Virus record (IMG/VR): IMGVR_UViG_3300037424_000116
Location: 1 to 46,406 of that record
Reading direction: 5' to 3' (one strand)
DNA from: a virus
Lineage: Duplodnaviria; Caudoviricetes
Length of the DNA: 46,406 nt
Made by a program: the position numbers and the translations under genes
The notes under the pieces: generated by a model
The model's input: the letters and a program-made list of their open reading frames with translations, nothing else
Database searches by the model: none
Told to the model about the DNA's origin: nothing
Shown here: piece after piece, positions 44,353 to 46,406 of the stretch
Layout of the letters: each line of letters opens with the position of its first letter
Position numbering within the stretch: the first letter of the stretch is position 1

Positions 44353-45595
44353 GGAGCTGGAGTCACCAGTTTCTTTTTGGTATTGGTCAGCTATTGCAGC
44401 ACTCTCAGCCGTTGTTAAGGACCAGGTATGGTTGGACCGTCAGATATATAATTTATATCCAAATATATATGTGATGCTCCATGCTGAGAGTGGACTTAAA
44501 AAGGGTCCACCAATATCAATGGCTCGTCAACTGGTGAAGCCCGTGAATAACACGCGCATCATCAGCGGGCGTAGCTCTATACAAGGTATTCTGAAAGACC
44601 TCGGAACTGCCTACACTCAGCCGGGCGGCAAAATTCAGACTAAATCTGTAGCCTTTATCTGCTCATCCGAACTATCATCTAGTATCGTAGAGGACAAAGT
44701 AGCAACGAAGATATTAACAGACCTGTATGACCGTCAGTATAACGTAGGTGAGTGGCGTAGCCTATTAAAGATGGAAACATTCGAGTTGAAAGACCCTACA
44801 ATCACCATGCTAACAGCCACTAATGAAGCCATGAGTGAGGACTTCTTCACTCGTTCAGCCATACAGGGAGGCTACTTTGCCAGAACATTCATCATCTACG
44901 AGAAGGAGTCTAAGGTATCGAATTCTCTTATCTATCCTCTTTCTAATCCTCCGAACTATACCACGTCGGCTGACTATCTTAAGCAGGTGGCGAAACTACA
45001 TGGTCAATTCCATCCAATCGCTCAGGTTGAAAAGGATGACGAATTCAGATACAGAAAGGTAAAGCATGGTAGAGATATCTACTTCAATGAAGTGGGGATT
45101 ATCTATGATGATTGGTATGAGAATTTCAAAGAACTTGTCAAAGCATCAGAAAGGGATGAAACAGGCACACTAAATAGGTTTGGTGATAGTGTATTGAAAG
45201 TGGCTATGCTTCTCTCCCTCGCACAAGAACCAACATTATTCTTAAAGAGGGAAGCCATGATTAATGCCATTACCGAATCAGAAAAACTATTAGGTAATGT
45301 CCGTAAGACTACAATGGGAAGACATGGAATTAGTCAGTCCTCACTCCTCAAGACAATGATTATCATGGAGTTACTTAATCGTGAAAATCATCAAATTACT
45401 AGAACTGTTATGATGAAGAAGATGTGGCAGCATTATGAGAACTCTGTAGAATTTGATGATATCATGCAATCTTTCGATGCCTCGGGCATGATATCCACAA
45501 ACAATATAGGCAATCAGATAGTCTATACTATGCCAGCTAATCAAGTGGAAGAATTAAAGGTCTATATGGCCGGAAAGTCAGGGAAAAATGAATAA
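44318..45595 (+). CDS. DUF3987/YfjI-like ATPase (candidate replicative helicase), C-terminal winged helix
   Basis: YPNIYVMLHAESGLKKG (degenerate P-loop), SSELSS, LTDLYD, GGYFAR arginine-finger-like motif. Confidence 0.7.
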   Translation: MSWLQSIIKQHEELESPVSFWYWSAIAALSAVVKDQVWLDRQIYNLYPNIYVMLHAESGLKKGPPISMARQLVKPVNNTRIISGRSSIQGILKDLGTAYTQPGGKIQTKSVAFICSSELSSSIVEDKVATKILTDLYDRQYNVGEWRSLLKMETFELKDPTITMLTATNEAMSEDFFTRSAIQGGYFARTFIIYEKESKVSNSLIYPLSNPPNYTTSADYLKQVAKLHGQFHPIAQVEKDDEFRYRKVKHGRDIYFNEVGIIYDDWYENFKELVKASERDETGTLNRFGDSVLKVAMLLSLAQEPTLFLKREAMINAITESEKLLGNVRKTTMGRHGISQSSLLKTMIIMELLNRENHQITRTVMMKKMWQHYENSVEFDDIMQSFDASGMISTNNIGNQIVYTMPANQVEELKVYMAGKSGKNE

Positions 45596-45908
45596 CACAT
45601 TCTATAAGTTGTTGGGCAAAGCCTATGAGCTGTATGATAAGAAGTCACATGATTATGCAAGTGAGGCGGAACCCTATGGAAATTATCATTTCGCGGGGAT
45701 GTTATCGAAGCTGTTTGATAATCCTAACGATGCAGGGTTTATAGGCAGGATGGGAGAGAAGCTCTACCGTCTTGCTAATCTAGAGAATAGCGGTAAAGCT
45801 CCTCTCAACGAGAATATTGAAGATACTGAGATAGACCTTATCGTGATTATGGTCCTATGGATTGCTTCGCGTAGAGATAGACGAGACAATCCACTCAAAG
45901 TAGACTAG
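45588..45908 (+). CDS. Nucleotide modification-associated domain 1 (DUF1599)-like, all-alpha NTP pyrophosphatase superfamily
   Basis: KKSHDY, RMGEKLYRL.NL, E.IEDT.IDL motifs. Confidence 0.7.
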   Translation: MNNTFYKLLGKAYELYDKKSHDYASEAEPYGNYHFAGMLSKLFDNPNDAGFIGRMGEKLYRLANLENSGKAPLNENIEDTEIDLIVIMVLWIASRRDRRDNPLKVD

Positions 45909-46276
45909 TTACTTTTTGCCTCCGAATTGGATATCATACTTGTCAAGTCCAAGTAGAGGAGTAAACGATGGAGTAACGGGAGCACCCGTATAAGTCTGTG
46001 ACCCCATTCCAACACCTGTAGCCGGTAGGACTAGAGGAATAAGCTCAGGATTCTCCATCGCTAATTGTGCTAAGTCTCCTGCCATCATTGGAACATAGAG
46101 TTGCATAATTCTGTCAGCCATATAGACAGGTCTACGTTCATCAGCATCTCCAATGTCATAGATTAACTTGGCAGTTGGATGTAGTTTATTAGCAAAGAAA
46201 TCAATAATAGATGATGTTCTAGTAGGAGGATTAAGTCCTACTCCGAAGGGTCTTGATTCGTTAGATATAGAAGAAG
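45909..46276 (-). CDS. C-terminal part of the 1201-aa ejection protein begun at 3238
   Basis: In frame across the circular join; stop at 45909-45911. Confidence 0.85.
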
Positions 46277-46406
46277 CATACTGACCCCCAGGTGTTCCTA
46301 GATATCCAGTAGCCAAGTCTAATGGCATGATACCAGTATCGGTAGGTTCAATAGGTAGATGCCAAGAATCAGGCTTAATACGGCTACCCAATACTAGAAA
46401 CTATTG
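46277..46406. repeat. Terminal overlap, copy 2
   Basis: Duplicate of 1-130 with one mismatch. Confidence 0.97.

Noticed and set aside
46277-46406. Biological direct terminal repeat, and a nonsense mutation (A46403 turns CAG into TAG)
   Set aside because: The repeat falls mid-gene and is about a k-mer long, so it is most likely assembly overlap; the mismatch is 4 nt from the contig end and is probably an error
1-46406. Stop-codon reassignment, DGR/retron, tRNAs, integrase
   Set aside because: Core genes are intact in the standard code; no reverse transcriptase, recombinase or cloverleaf motifs were seen by eye (tRNAscan/HMM searches not run)

Overview
This window is an apparently complete, circularly permuted ~46.3 kb dsDNA tailed-phage genome. 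Bases 1-130 recur at 46277-46406, giving a 46,276 bp circle. Two divergent arms meet at a control region at ~27.3-29.6 kb. The minus arm (27264 down to 1, wrapping to 45909) is a podovirus-like morphogenesis module: terminase, portal, scaffold, major capsid, decoration, adaptor/nozzle, fibers, an M15-type peptidase, a GNAT-like protein and three probable ejection proteins. The last of these is a 1201-aa ORF that spans the contig join and is almost entirely absent from the ORF track. The plus arm (27901-45908) holds early/replication genes: an SprT-protease/SNF2 fusion, PD-(D/E)XK exonuclease, HNH, Sak4-like ATPase, SSB-like protein, cold-shock protein, Acb2/Tad1-like protein, UDG-fused family A DNA polymerase, a DUF3987-like ATPase and an Nmad1-like protein. 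I saw no integrase, repressor, primase, tRNA or CRISPR array. The most unusual signals are non-coding. (i) A four-copy element has fixed flanks (TCCCAC ... YGGTCG) around a stem-loop of variable sequence, and is interleaved with a duplicated Pro-rich-peptide + CxCGFYA gene pair. (ii) A cluster of six sigma-54 (-24/-12) motifs sits with IHF sites and tandem NrdR-box-like sites. (iii) A heavily base-paired intergenic RNA candidate lies before the cold-shock gene. (iv) One gene is enclosed by a 20-bp inverted repeat. All family assignments come from motif recognition by eye, not from database searches.
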